From an uncultured Acidimicrobiia bacterium (GTDB taxonomy: Bacteria; Acidobacteriota; Terriglobia; Versatilivoradales; Versatilivoraceae): 64,000 bases of DNA. The notes below the pieces were generated by a model that saw only the letters and a list, made by a program, of their open reading frames with translations, was not told the DNA's origin and ran no database searches. Shown in pieces: positions 22,027-33,167 of the stretch (the first letter of the stretch is position 1; each line of letters starts with the position of its first letter). The DNA is taken from contig CAWBAT010000003.1 in assembly GCA_963786955.1 (NCBI GenBank), positions 224,001-288,000 of the forward strand, read 5' to 3'. A program made the position numbers and the translations under genes.

Positions 22027-25000
22027 ATGAGTAAGTTTGGGCAACGGATGTTAGTTTATGCCAGTGTGGTGATTCTTACCCTAGTAGCTACGGTTTCTCC
22101 CTTCATGGCGCAGACCAACCGGGGCACGATCACGGGAACAGTAACCGATGCGTCTGGAGGTTTGGTCGTGGGGGCCACTATTACTGCCATCAATACCGGG
22201 ACAAACGTTCGTACGACGGCAACAAGCGGAACAGGGGGGAGTTTTACCGTCCCGCTCCTGCAGGTGGGGCAGTATCAGGTGACGGTCGAACACCCGGGCT
22301 TCAAGAAATTTGTTCAGGGCAACATCATCGTAAACATTGCTCAAATTACTCGCGTGGATGCCAAACTGGAAATAGGGCAGGTCAGCGAATCCGTCGAAGT
22401 CTCTGCAGTGGCAGTCCAGGTTCAGGCCGATAGTTCTGAACGAGGTGTGATTATTTCGGGGAAGCAAGTTCTTGATTTGCCCTTGGTGGGGGTGCAGGAG
22501 GTACGCAATCCGGCCTTTTTCATTTCGCTCGTTCCTGGAGTCACCAGCAGAGGGACGGCTTATGGCACTTATAGCGGTGGCGGTCGGCAGTTAAATACCA
22601 CCGTCAATGGAAGCCCGAGCGGCAGTATTGAGTGGCTTCTCGAAGGCGCCAATATTGGTCAAGGAACCGTTTTGTCAGGGAGTTTTCAACAACTCCCCTT
22701 TCCCCCAGACGTGGTGGGAGAGTACAACGTGATGACGCTCCTTCCTCCGGCGGAATTCGGACAATCCGGGTTAGGAATCACCAACTTTACATTGAAGAGC
22801 GGGACGAACGGAATTCATGGCACAGTCTATGAGTATTTCCGCAACACTGCCTTGGATGCAAGGGGCTTTTACGCTGCGAAGACGCCTAGGAACATGCAGA
22901 ATGAATTCGGAGCGACTGTCGGCGGGCCGATCCACAAAGACAAGACTTTCTTCTATGGGTGGTATACGGGGTTCCGCAACATTAAGGAGCCTGGCGCCAA
23001 CTCTAATGATACTGTTCCCACCGATGCGATGAAGAACGGCGACTTGAGTAACATTCTCGGCCCCCAGATTGGCACTGATGCCCTGGGTCGGCCGGTTTTA
23101 TCAAATGCCATTTACGATCCGGCAACTACGCGACTCGTCCCGGCAGGTGCGATTGACCCGGGTACCGGTCTCGTCAACAGCAGTGGTGCCGCCGCGTGGA
23201 TGAGGGATGCGTTCCCGGGAAACATCATCCCGCAAAACCGGATTGATCCTGTGGCTAAGAATATGTTTTCGTACTTTCCGAGCGTGGGGACTTGCTCGAC
23301 TTGCCGCTATGGTTACCAGTACAGAATTGGAACACGGCGCAGGAATCACGTCAACCGACAGCATCAACAATTGGGGTGTCAAACTTGACCATGTGTTCTC
23401 CGACAAAAACCGGATCTATGGATCTTATATGTGGAAGAGTGAGTATGTTCCAGCGGGTTCGAAATATCCAGACCCGATTGGTGAAGGTTCCTACTCGACA
23501 AACGGATGGCGCGTTCTTCGCATCAGCCAGGATTATTTCATGAGGACGAACCTGGTCAACCACTGGACGTTTGGATTTAATCGGGAGTGCTAATGCCAGT
23601 CTCCCGACGGCGGGCTTTGGCTGGCCGGCAGTCCTCGGATATTCGGGTGTGCCTCAGACGGGTCTTGGGTCGGTCTTCCCGGAAAGTGATATCGCAGGCT
23701 TGGGGGCCACTTACGCGAGACAGGGTGTGAATACTTCATGCCAATAACAATTTCAGTATTGCGGACGACATCACCTGGATCAAAGGAAAGCATACGATCA
23801 AGGGCGGCTTCAGTTACATGAAGTTGCAAGTAAACCAGTTGGGAACCAGTTACTCGGCCAGTTATAACCAATACAATGCCGGACCGACCGGGCTTATGGA
23901 CTCCAAATTTTATGATGCCGGCTGCGCGGTAGGTGGCAACTGTACAGGGATGGGAGTTGGAAGCTTCCTCTTAGGCTTGCCGACCAGTGGCACGGTAGGC
24001 ATCACTGCGACAGAGGTCGCGGATCGAATGGGGCGATGGGCAGGTTATGTCCAGGACGATTACAAGATGAGCTTCAAAGCTTACCTTCAACATGGGTCTT
24101 CGTTGGGACGCGTTCCTGACCCACCGTAGACGCGCACAACCAAAAATCATGGCTGGATCCATTCACGATGAATACCGCTATCGGGATCCCAGGTGCCATG
24201 GTATATGCGTCAGATGCAAAGCGTGCGCCATCGACTACTTATATGAAGAATTTTGGACCACGTTTTGGGTTTGCCTATAGCCTCAACCCGAAGACGGTAA
24301 TACGGGGTGGGTACGGGATGCTATACACAGCCGGAGGGGCCCAACGTTCCTTGGCAAGTGCTTGGGAACAATTGGGGTACAATGGTTCCCAGGGTTGCGG
24401 CCAGTCTTCCCTTGGCGGGTTTTCAGGAGCGGTGTCTTGCTCTCCCCAGGGTCTAGCGATGTCCACATGACCCTCGCCACCGGTTGGCCTGCTCAATACT
24501 TCCTACCTGTGGGGAATCTCACTCAAAACGCCTTTGATGGCCAAGGTCCACCGACGTGGGGGCCATGGCCTGGGGATGAGATCCCGCCCAATATCCAAAC
24601 TGCGCAGCTTCAGTATCCAGCGGCAGCTTCCAGGGCAGATTATTCTCGATGTTGGCTATGTTTGGACCAAAGGAACACATTTGTCGAGTCGTTTGATCCA
24701 CAGTAATGTGGTGGAGGTCTAAATCAGAGCTTCGGGGCCGATCTCTTCAAGAACATTGCGGATCCTACCATCCAGGCTCTTCCCAGTTGTACAGGCGATG
24801 CCGATCGATCCCGCGAACGGCAGGCATGCTCCATTCACGGGGTTCCAGACTCTGTGGGGTAGCGGTGCCCAACTGGGCCAGGCATTGCGTCCAATGCCGC
24901 AGTACCGGAACGACAGCGTTCAAGGGCTTTCGCAATTGCGGGATTTGGAGAAACTCAGGGGATGTCAACCTATAATGCCCTCCAAATTCAGGCCAGGAAG

Positions 25001-25776
25001 AATCTATCCTATGGCTTGAGCTTCCTGGTATCGTACACCTGGTCCAAGACTCTTACGAATGCAGGAAGTCTAATCAATGAATTCGCAGGATTCACCCAGG
25101 ACTTCTATAACACAGGTGGTGAGAGAGCGCTGAGCCTCAATGATTATCCGAGTAACTTGGCGATTTCCTATCAGTACGAATTGCCCTTCGGTCCGGGCAA
25201 GAAATGGGCGAACCAAGGGGGAGTGATTAACAAGGTGGTTGGAGGATGGAGCGTTGCCGGATTCAGGTCTTACCGGAGCGGCGCCCCTCAGGGGGTCTTT
25301 TCTTCAGGTAATTCCCTTAACCCTTACATGTCGGATAACAGTTTCACCACCCGCGCCAACCGCGTTCCCGGCGTGCAGAAGTATTCGGATGCCTGGCTCA
25401 ATGGGACCTGGGATCCCAATGGTGCTGGAGCGCTGGGGCAACGATACAACATCAATGCTTGGAATGACCCAGCTCCTTTTACGTTTGGGACCACTCCAGT
25501 CAACGGATGGCGATATCCGCCAATTGCCTTACCTGAATGAGGATATCTCCATCATCAAACGGACCAACATTAATGAACGGGTTAGCGTTGAATTCCGTTG
25601 TGATTTCCTGAACGCCTTCAACCGTGTCCTTTTCGGCTTCGATCAGGGTGGGGACCAGTACGGCCAAGCTATCAGGCGGGCGGTATTGGAGGTGGCGTGA
25701 ATGGTACTTCGGCCGCGTGGCAGTCCAGACGAATGCCCCGCGCGAAATTCAATTCGGATTAAAGATCAACTACTAA
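22027..25776 (+). CDS. TonB-dependent receptor (Oar-like) with carboxypeptidase-regulatory-like N-domain; multiple frameshifts
   Basis: RBS AAGGAG; [63 protein letters not shown]; ends [12 protein letters not shown]. Confidence 0.88.
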
Positions 25777-25807
25777 GTTTTACAAGCTAGAAAGTTAATT
25801 TAAGCAT

Positions 25808-25849
25808 AAGGATGAGGACCAGGAATAACTGGTCCTCATCCTTTTTTTT
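25808..25849 (+). terminator. Rho-independent terminator
   Basis: AAGGATGAGGACCAG-gaataa-CTGGTCCTCATCCTT followed by a T-run, 30 bp after the receptor stop. Confidence 0.9.
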
Positions 25850-26587
25850 GTCATCTTCTGCAGGGATTCTCTCGCCAAGGCGCTAAGGACGCCAAGACAA
25901 GTGAAAGAATCACTCGCCAAGGCGCGAGGGACGCAAAGAATGGGTTAGGGCGAAATAAGTCATATTGTTTTGTATTTAAACACATCAGTGAATCACGAGT
26001 TTGAAACGGATTTGTGTGAGACGGCTTATTTAGTAACGATTTAATGATTAGGACAGCACAATATAATTGCCAACGGCCTTACAGAAATCCCAAATATTAC
26101 TTTGCGCACTTGGCGTCTTGCGAGAGTAGAGAATGCTCTCGACAAGACGTAATGGAGCGCCAAGACAAGTGAAGGAATCTCTCGCCAAGACGCAGAGGAC
26201 GCCAAGAATAGATGAGAACCCGAAACGTAGCGTCTGATTGCAAACACCGAAGTTTCAGTAAACAAAACTCTTGGGTCTCGACAGTTGGAATGCGTGTGTG
26301 AGGCAATACAGCTTGGGAACTGCGAGAGGCGGAATTGGAGTTCGAGAGGCAACACTCTACCCAACTCGACGAACGCCTTATACGAAATCGATAAGGTCTT
26401 TGCGCACTTTGCGTCTTAGCGAGAGTAGAAAACGTTCTCGCCAAGGCGCAGAGGACGCCAAGAATAGATGGGAATCAAATAGGTAAGATTGTTGTGGACT
26501 TCGCCGTTGCGTTACGCCGGGGGCTTGGACTGGGGTTGATAGGATAGGTCGAGAGACCCGGGGACTCTTGCAGTCCAAAGGTGTGCT

Positions 26588-26725
26588 TGGCAACCCGGCT
26601 TCTATAAACGAGGATTCGGTCGGCGAAACAGTTTAAATTCATGTCAGTGTATGTTGAAGAAAATCCCGTTCGGGCCGGCCTAGTGAACATACCTTCCGAT
26701 TGGAAATTGTCGTCTACCCATCCAA
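26588..26725 (+). pseudogene. Second C-terminal RAYT remnant
   Basis: Manual translation WQPGFY.. / IRSAKQFKFMSVYVEENPVRAGLVNIPSDWKLSS (one frameshift). Confidence 0.65.
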
Positions 26726-26933
26726 GCTATCAGAGGATCGTGACCAAGCCCTGGCCTTGGATGTTTGAAAAGGAGTGAGCAGGAAAAAAATGGGAACCCT
26801 GACCGGGTGTCATTCGCCGCTGAGGACAGCGGCTCCCACAATGAGGAGTTTCCATTAAAATCTTTAATAGGGTGCCTGAGATTGTGAAACCTAGTGAAGG
26901 AATCTCTCGCCAAGGCGCTAAGGACGCAAAGAC

Positions 26934-27332
26934 CTATTCTCTTTCGGCGAGGCCGTTGACGATTCGGAAAATGCCATCCTTCATCTGTGCTTCCCCGAAG
27001 TTCAGCAAATAGCCCAGCTTCATGCCCGTGAGCTTTAAATAAGTAAGCAGTTGTTTCTTGTGGGCATTATTGATCGCCTCGATGGACTTCAACTCCAGAA
27101 TTACCTTCCCTTCGACGACGATGTCAGCTCTGAATCCCTCGTCAAACCTGAATCCACCGTACTCAATGGGAATGGGGATTTGTCGCTCAACCGTCAACCC
27201 TCGTTCTCGCAGTTCCTTCGCCAAAACAACCTCGTACACTGTCTCCAACAATCCTGGCCCAATTCCTCGGTGTACCGCAATGGCTGTGTCCACAACAATC
27301 CGACCTATCTGGTTCTCATCCATACTTGGCAT
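26934..27332 (-). CDS. GxxExxY protein (PD-(D/E)XK-like nuclease), intact
   Basis: GPGLLETVYE motif, FRADIVVEGKVILELKS, QLLTYLKLTG..LGYLLNFG; likely start at MDENQ. Confidence 0.92.
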   Translation of the reverse strand: MPSMDENQIGRIVVDTAIAVHRGIGPGLLETVYEVVLAKELRERGLTVERQIPIPIEYGGFRFDEGFRADIVVEGKVILELKSIEAINNAHKKQLLTYLKLTGMKLGYLLNFGEAQMKDGIFRIVNGLAERE

Positions 27333-27628
27333 CCATTACGTCTTATTGAGACCGGTCTCTACTCTCGCCAAGACGCCAAGTGCGCAAAGTGATCTATGGG
27401 ATTTCTGCAAGGCCGTTGGCAATTAATATTGTGCCGTCCTTGAATAATTAAATCGTGACCAAATAAACCGTCTCAGATAAATTCGGTTCAAGCTCGTGAT
27501 TCACTGATATGTTTGTATACACAACTATATCACCTATTTCGCCCTAACTCATTCTTTGCGTCCTTTGCGTCTTAGCGAGAAAAGGCTTCAATATTCTGTA
27601 TCGGGAAGGGACCCGACTGTATAAGAGC

Positions 27629-28828
27629 TCACTGGGGTGTTGTTCGGGCGCGTTGGTAGACTTTCTCTTTCTCGGCTGCCGAGAGCCTCTGGACTTCCTT
27701 CAGTTCCAGGGCACTCGCTTTCTTGTCACCCAGCTCGCGATAAACCTGTGCCAGGAAATAATGCGTCTGCGTGTCATTGGGTTCAGACGAGAGGGCGGTG
27801 AGAAGCTCCGCTTTGGCCTTCTCCAGGTCCTTCAGAGCCAGGTAACATTTTCCCAGGAGAAAATGAGGGCGTGACGCACCGGGCTGGGCGGCCGAGGCGA
27901 CGCGCAAGTAATCCATGGCCCCGGCACAATTGTCCCGGCCCACGGCGAACTCAGCGAGGTAGAGGTTGACCCGGAAGTCATTGGGGTCCTCGCGCAGGGC
28001 CTGCAAGAATTCCTTTTCCGCCTCATCAATCTGTTTCAAATTTCGATAGGCTACTCCCAGCGAGTAATGCAGACCAGGAGCGTCTGGACGTTTGCCCAGC
28101 GCAGCCCGATATTCTTTGAGCGAGGCTTCGTAGAGCTTGTTACTGGCGTAAACTTCGCCCATCAACGCATGTAACTGGAAAGAGTCGGGGTCAAGGTCGG
28201 TAAGAATTTGGATGACATCGAGAGCGGCGTTCATGTGGAGCCGTGCGAGTTGGTAGAGCGCGTCGGCATCCTTGGGATTTCTGGCCAAAGACTGATTGAA
28301 CTGGGCGATGGCATCATCCGAACGGCCAAGTGACACGAGGGCGATGGCGTTGTAGTAATGGCATCGCGGGTGGGGGCTGGGCGTTGAGAGTTCGGCTCGG
28401 AAACTATCCGTGGCTTTTTGAAACTGGTTGAGGCCGAGGAAGGAAGCGCCAAGAAAGAAATTGACTTCAGGATATTGAGCTGAGAAAGATAACGCGCGCT
28501 GAAACGCTTCAATCGATTCCTGAAACTTGAGTTCCGTCTGGTAGAGGATGCCGAGGCGCTTGTAGACTTCAGGATCGTTGGGGGCGAGAGCTAAAGCCTG
28601 TCGATAATTGCCCTCGGCGCTTCTATAGTCACTGGCCTTTTCATAAACACGCGCCTGATCGAGGAGCGATTTCACATCTGCGGGTCTCCCAAAAATTTGC
28701 TGCGGCGAGGCAACCAGCAAGAGCGCCCAAATGAGAAGATAGGCGCACGAAGTGGAGGACCGAATAAAAATGGGAACAAACATGGCCGTGAGCTTTGGAT
28801 GAGTGATCACTTGTTGATGTACCTCCAC
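27629..28828 (-). CDS. Exported TPR protein
   Basis: Hydrophobic N-terminal segment and TPR helices (LGILY, YPEVNFFLG, PGLHYSLG, THYFLAQVY). Confidence 0.85.
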   Translation of the reverse strand: MEVHQQVITHPKLTAMFVPIFIRSSTSCAYLLIWALLLVASPQQIFGRPADVKSLLDQARVYEKASDYRSAEGNYRQALALAPNDPEVYKRLGILYQTELKFQESIEAFQRALSFSAQYPEVNFFLGASFLGLNQFQKATDSFRAELSTPSPHPRCHYYNAIALVSLGRSDDAIAQFNQSLARNPKDADALYQLARLHMNAALDVIQILTDLDPDSFQLHALMGEVYASNKLYEASLKEYRAALGKRPDAPGLHYSLGVAYRNLKQIDEAEKEFLQALREDPNDFRVNLYLAEFAVGRDNCAGAMDYLRVASAAQPGASRPHFLLGKCYLALKDLEKAKAELLTALSSEPNDTQTHYFLAQVYRELGDKKASALELKEVQRLSAAEKEKVYQRARTTPQ

Positions 28829-28894
28829 CTAAGAATGCCCTGAGTTTTCGGTAGCCCGGTGCTGAACTTCGAGGCTAGGAGTTTCGACGTCTTC

Positions 28895-29630
28895 AGCGGC
28901 TTTGCCGCTAGATGTACGGAAAGTCTCTGACTTTCCGCGCCACCGCTCCTCGGTTTCTAGGGGCTATGCCCCAGCTGCAGATTTCCTCCACTTTATGCTA
29001 TCGACGCCGACATCCAATGGTTCGTTTTCGGTCGCAAGTCTCTGCCAAACCCTGGCACTTGACCAAGAATAATCCATGGCCTTTTCCACCAGTCCGGCAC
29101 GCACTGGGTTCTGGTGAATGTAATTTACCTTCTGCATCAACACCTTTTCGCTGAAGATGGAAAAGACGTTCGATTCATGACCCCAGAGCGAGTAAAGATG
29201 GTGCCGTTTCCCCTCGTCGTGCCGCAGTTTTCGCAGCGACTGTTCGTACTTTTGCCGCCTTAAGTACTCGATCACCTCGTGAGCAATCGTGCCTTTGATA
29301 TAGCGAAGCATCACAGAGGCTTGCCTTGGGTTGTCGGTTAACAAATGCAAGTGATCCGGCATGAGGACATAGGCCAGCAGCAGGAACCCACAAGATTGAC
29401 GGGCTTGATTGATCCCTTGACATGTGATGGCCTTAATAGGATCAGTCTGAAACACTGGGAGACGGTCTTTTGCAACGGCGGTGATGTAAAGACTGGGTGT
29501 ATCTCTAGACACTCGAAACCTGCTAGTCGTCATCTTTGGCCTCACGGACTGTAGGGCGTAGCCCCAGAATCAAAGATGCTGAATTGGCGGAAAGTCAAAG
29601 ACTTCCCGTACATCAGGCGGCAGAGCCGCC
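28895..29630. repeat. ~80 bp inverted termini of the RAYT gene, each with three small hairpins
   Basis: Left GCGGCTTTGCCGC / GATGTACGGAAAGTCTCTGACTTTCCGC / GGGGCTATGCCCC; right GGGCGTAGCCCC / GCGGAAAGTCAAAGACTTCCCGTACATC / GCGGCAGAGCCGC in mirror order. Confidence 0.85.
28964..29533 (-). CDS. REP-associated tyrosine transposase (RAYT / TnpA-REP)
   Basis: YITAVAKDRLPVF, HUH motif AYVLMPDHLHLL, catalytic YIHQNPVRAGL, DYSWSSA. Confidence 0.9.
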   Translation of the reverse strand: MTTSRFRVSRDTPSLYITAVAKDRLPVFQTDPIKAITCQGINQARQSCGFLLLAYVLMPDHLHLLTDNPRQASVMLRYIKGTIAHEVIEYLRRQKYEQSLRKLRHDEGKRHHLYSLWGHESNVFSIFSEKVLMQKVNYIHQNPVRAGLVEKAMDYSWSSARVWQRLATENEPLDVGVDSIKWRKSAAGA

Positions 29631-29789
29631 AAACCTGGAAACATGATTGTTTCGTAGTAGTTTCTTCGTCATTCAAAACACCTCCCATCCTCTGCGAGTT
29701 GCCTTCGAGCCTGGAAACTCCAAATCCCTCGTTTCAGCAACGGGGCAGTAAATGGGTTGACAACCCTATACGGGCATTAATGGTGTTGG

Positions 29790-30938
29790 CTATTGAGTCC
29801 CCGAATCTTTCAGTTTTTGTACAGCCTCTTGGAGCCTCTCCCTCGCCTTTTCTTGGCCTTCACGAGTCAATCGTTCGAAGGCCTGAATGTGCTTTTGGCT
29901 TTCCTCCTTGTTTCCCAAGCGTGCATAAAGCTCGGCAAGCTGGAAGTGGACTTCCTTTAAATCGGGGTCTTGTTCCAGAGCCTTGTTGAAAACTTGAACG
30001 GCGCGTTCGGGATCTCCAGTGCCAACGTAACATTTTCCGAGCAGGACGTAGGCCTGGGTCAATTGGGGGTAGACAGAAATAGTCACTTCAAGGTGCGGGA
30101 TAGCCTGAAGAAATTCTTTGTTCGTGACAAAGATGTCGGCGAGGTAATAATTAGCTAACGGCTGGTTGGGATCCTCTATTAGCGCTTGTTTCAGCTCCTG
30201 CTGGGCGTTCTCAAGATTCTTGTTCTGCCAGTAAACCTGGCCCAGGGCTACGTGGATTCCCGGGAAATTGGGGTTCTTGCGGCTGACTTCCTTGAATTCT
30301 TTAATGGCTTCTTCAAATCGAAAGTTATCTGCCAAGACCTCAGCTCGGATCGCATGGGTGAATTCTGAATCGGGATAAAGCTTCGCAAGATTTTCGGCAG
30401 CCCGTTGAGCCGCAACCTTGTAATCTACAGCCAGTTGATACAGAGTGGCCACATTCTGAGGATCGTCCTTCAGCAAGATTTCCAATTGCTGGATAGCTTC
30501 CAGAAGCCGGCCTGACGAACTGAGTGCCAAAGCCAGGTAGTATCGGGCCTGCCTATCTTTGGGATTGCCCGTGAGTTCTTTTTGGGTCGCTTCTATGGTC
30601 TTATCGAACTTGTTTAATGCATAATACGAAATCCCCAGCAATGAATTCACCCCGGGGTAGAGAGGAGCCCGCCGGAGAATTCTCTGAAATATCTCAATCG
30701 ACTCATCATATTTTGCCTTGTTGCTGGCAAATGAGACCCAATCTTTTGAGAATCTCGGGATCATCCGGAGAAATGAGCAATGCTTTCTTGTAAACTCCCT
30801 TCGGCCGCACTCATAGTTTTTGCCCTTCTCCAATTCGAAGGCCTGGTTGAGCAGGCTTTCCATGCTGTCTGACTTGGTTTGGGCGTGAATCAGGTTGGCA
30901 GTCATCAGGATGATTGCCAAGGGGACGACAACGACCAA
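29790..30938 (-). CDS. Exported TPR protein (paralog of its neighbours), with compensating frameshifts near 30720-30810
   Basis: YPGVNSLLG, FPGIHVALG, NQPLANYYLA, VHFQLAELY; TTG start after GGAGG. Confidence 0.8.
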   Translation of the reverse strand: MVVVVPLAIILMTANLIHAQTKSDSMESLLNQAFELEKGKNYECGRREFTRKHCSFLRMIPRFSKDWVSFASNKAKYDESIEIFQRILRRAPLYPGVNSLLGISYYALNKFDKTIEATQKELTGNPKDRQARYYLALALSSSGRLLEAIQQLEILLKDDPQNVATLYQLAVDYKVAAQRAAENLAKLYPDSEFTHAIRAEVLADNFRFEEAIKEFKEVSRKNPNFPGIHVALGQVYWQNKNLENAQQELKQALIEDPNQPLANYYLADIFVTNKEFLQAIPHLEVTISVYPQLTQAYVLLGKCYVGTGDPERAVQVFNKALEQDPDLKEVHFQLAELYARLGNKEESQKHIQAFERLTREGQEKARERLQEAVQKLKDSGTQ

Positions 30939-31385
30939 GGTGTTCCTCCATTCATTTGCCTTAAGCTGTGAAAAACTTCGAATACGCCGCGTGAGGTTGA
31001 GGCAATGAGAAAGCCTCAAGCCTACAATGACTGCAAGGAGTTGTGTAGGTGTTGTAAGCGGATTCCCCTGACCAGGCGGAGTATTTTCAAGCATTCCCTT
31101 CAGAGGGGGTGAGAAAAGTGAGGTCATCGGGTAATGGTTATGTCCAGAACTCAGTGTGATTGATTCCTATTCCTGCCGACCTAATTGGAGGCTGGAGGGG
31201 ATCAACGATACACTCGCGCTCACATTATCGCCCATTCCAAGACCAACCGTGGAAGACCGAAACGCCAAGGACGCGAAGCGCGCCAAGGAAAATATGGATG
31301 CAACTGAAGACTCACGGGTGGTAAGAGAATCGTACCGGGGTACTGTGCCTAGCATCAGCACGACGGTCTTCGTGGGTAATGGGGT

Positions 31386-32570
31386 TCAGTTGTTCCCTGC
31401 GGCATTTTGCTTCTCCATGGCCTTCTCGTTTGTTGCTTTCATCTTCTCTTTCTTCTTCTCTCGTTCTTCGTGATCGAGCTTTTGGAAAACTTCAAGGTGG
31501 TATTGCCGTTTGTCTGGCTGTTGGAGCCGCGTATAAACTTGTGCAAGCTGGTAATGCACCATTTTTTCATTGGGCCCCAATTCTTCGGCCTTTAACAAGA
31601 GCTTAAGTGCGTCCTCGAACCTTCCCTGTGCGATATAACACTTGCCCAGCTCTAAATACCCCAGCATGAACAAGGGGGCGGCTGCCACAACAGTTTCCAG
31701 GCGGGGAACGGCTTCCGGCATCCTCTGACCCTTAATCAGGATGTCGGCCAGGTAAAAATTGGCCATCGGGTGGTTGGGGTCTTCGCTTAAGGCGAGTAGC
31801 AGTTCCGGTTCGGCAGTTAGGGTAATCGACTTTATTGTAATAAAGCAATCCCAGCGCGAAATGGATTCCTGGAAAATTAGGGTCTTTTCCAAGAGTTCTT
31901 TGTATTTTTCGATGGCTTCAGGGTATTTTTCCCCGTCTGCAAAGCTTTCTGCCTTGAAAACCAGCATGTAAGTCGAGTTTGCATCGAGTGTCGCCCAACT
32001 GATTGAGAGCCTCAAGCGTCGCGGACTTAAGCAGTTTAATCAGTTGATAAAGAACCTTTTGATCGGTGGGGTCTTCCTCAAGCAGGATTTCATATTGTCG
32101 TCAGCGCGTCGGATTGGCGATGCAAAGAGCTGATAAGCCATGGCCGCATAGTAGCGAGCTCGGCGGTATTTGGGTTGGCCTCCAGTCTCCTTGTTAAATG
32201 CGTCTATAGCTTTTTCGAACTGATTGATCCCAGAGTAGGAAAGCCAAGATAGAAGTTGACTTCGGGATACTGAGGGGCCTGTTGCAATACTTTGTGGAAG
32301 GTGTCGATGGATTCCTGAAATTTCATTTGGGTCTGATAGATAAGCCCCAGCCGTTTAAGAGTTCGGGTTGTTGGGGAAAGTTCGCCGCGGCCTCTACATA
32401 AATTTTCTCCGCGCCTGCAAAATCCGAACGGTGTCTCCATTTCCTTGGCCAGACGAAAATAATCCTCAAGGCTTTTAGAAACAGCCTGGGCCATTGCTTA
32501 CTGCGGGGAAAAAGTAGGGGGAGAAGACAAGGAAGGGTACAGAAAAATCGGAATTAAGGGTCGATGAAAT
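31386..32570 (-). CDS. Exported TPR protein, frameshifted; start approximate
   Basis: Fragments LKRLGLIYQTQMKFQESI, YPEVNFYLG, NHPMANFYLA and VHYQLAQVY match the adjacent TPR paralogs. Confidence 0.75.
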
Positions 32571-32810
32571 CTTCGGCTAAACACAATTCAAATTATCATG
32601 GGAATCAAAGAATTTGCAAGATCGAATTGAGCGAGGGTTCTGCCAGAGATACTGAGAAAGTAAGTTATTCAGCGGGTTGGGCGTTTTTGGACATTTGTGA
32701 AGGCCAGAGGCCTACATCACAACCTTGTGGCGCAGGCGCCCCGCCCACCTTCTGAAGATGTGCCTATAGGTGGGTAGGCTCCTAGCCGAGCGCGCCGGAT
32801 TGAAGAAATC

Positions 32811-33110
32811 CTCTCGCCAAGACGCAGAGGACCCCAAGCTGTCGGGGGGAACCAGATTCGGACGGATCGTTGTAGATCCCGCCATGTGGTCCACCGAGGA
32901 CTCGGACCAGAGCTATTTGAAACCGGTCGTACTTTGCAGAAGCCTTAATGAAGGACGGCACCACCCGAATCGTCAAAGTGCCTTGATCCTTCAGAAAGGA
33001 CTCAAAAGAAATTGTCTTTGACAGACCTAGTCCACTTAGCAAAGCAATTATGATGCCTGTTTGCAAATTGTTGCGCCCTTATTTGGTTCTAGTCTGTCCT
33101 CTGCGTCCTA
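32811..33110 (+). mobile_element. TCTCGCCAAG-headed, internally deleted GxxExxY remnant fused to a 36.5-kb-type unit
   Basis: Reads NQ(I)GRIVVDPAM-VHRGLGPELFET joined to EALMKDGTTRIV; 32970-33107 resembles 36510-36642. Confidence 0.75.
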
Positions 33111-33167
33111 GGAGTTTGACGAATATGATTTTCGTTTAATTTCAATAATCCGCAATGGAGGTGCGGA

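Larger units (their letters stand above)
25868..27580. mobile_element. Cluster of TCTCGCCAAG-type repeats enclosing one intact and four decayed GxxExxY copies; ~215 bp outer inverted repeats (25913-26126 / 27362-27580)
   Basis: Repeat motif at ~25868, 25913, 26101(rc), 26137, 26180, 26400(rc), 26436, 26903, 27362 and 27555(rc); the outer units align by eye as reverse complements. Confidence 0.8.

Noticed and set aside
31262-31335. Another decayed GxxExxY start after an ACGCCAAGGACGCGAAG repeat (MDATEDSRVV)
   Set aside because: Similarity is too weak and there is no closing inverted repeat; not counted
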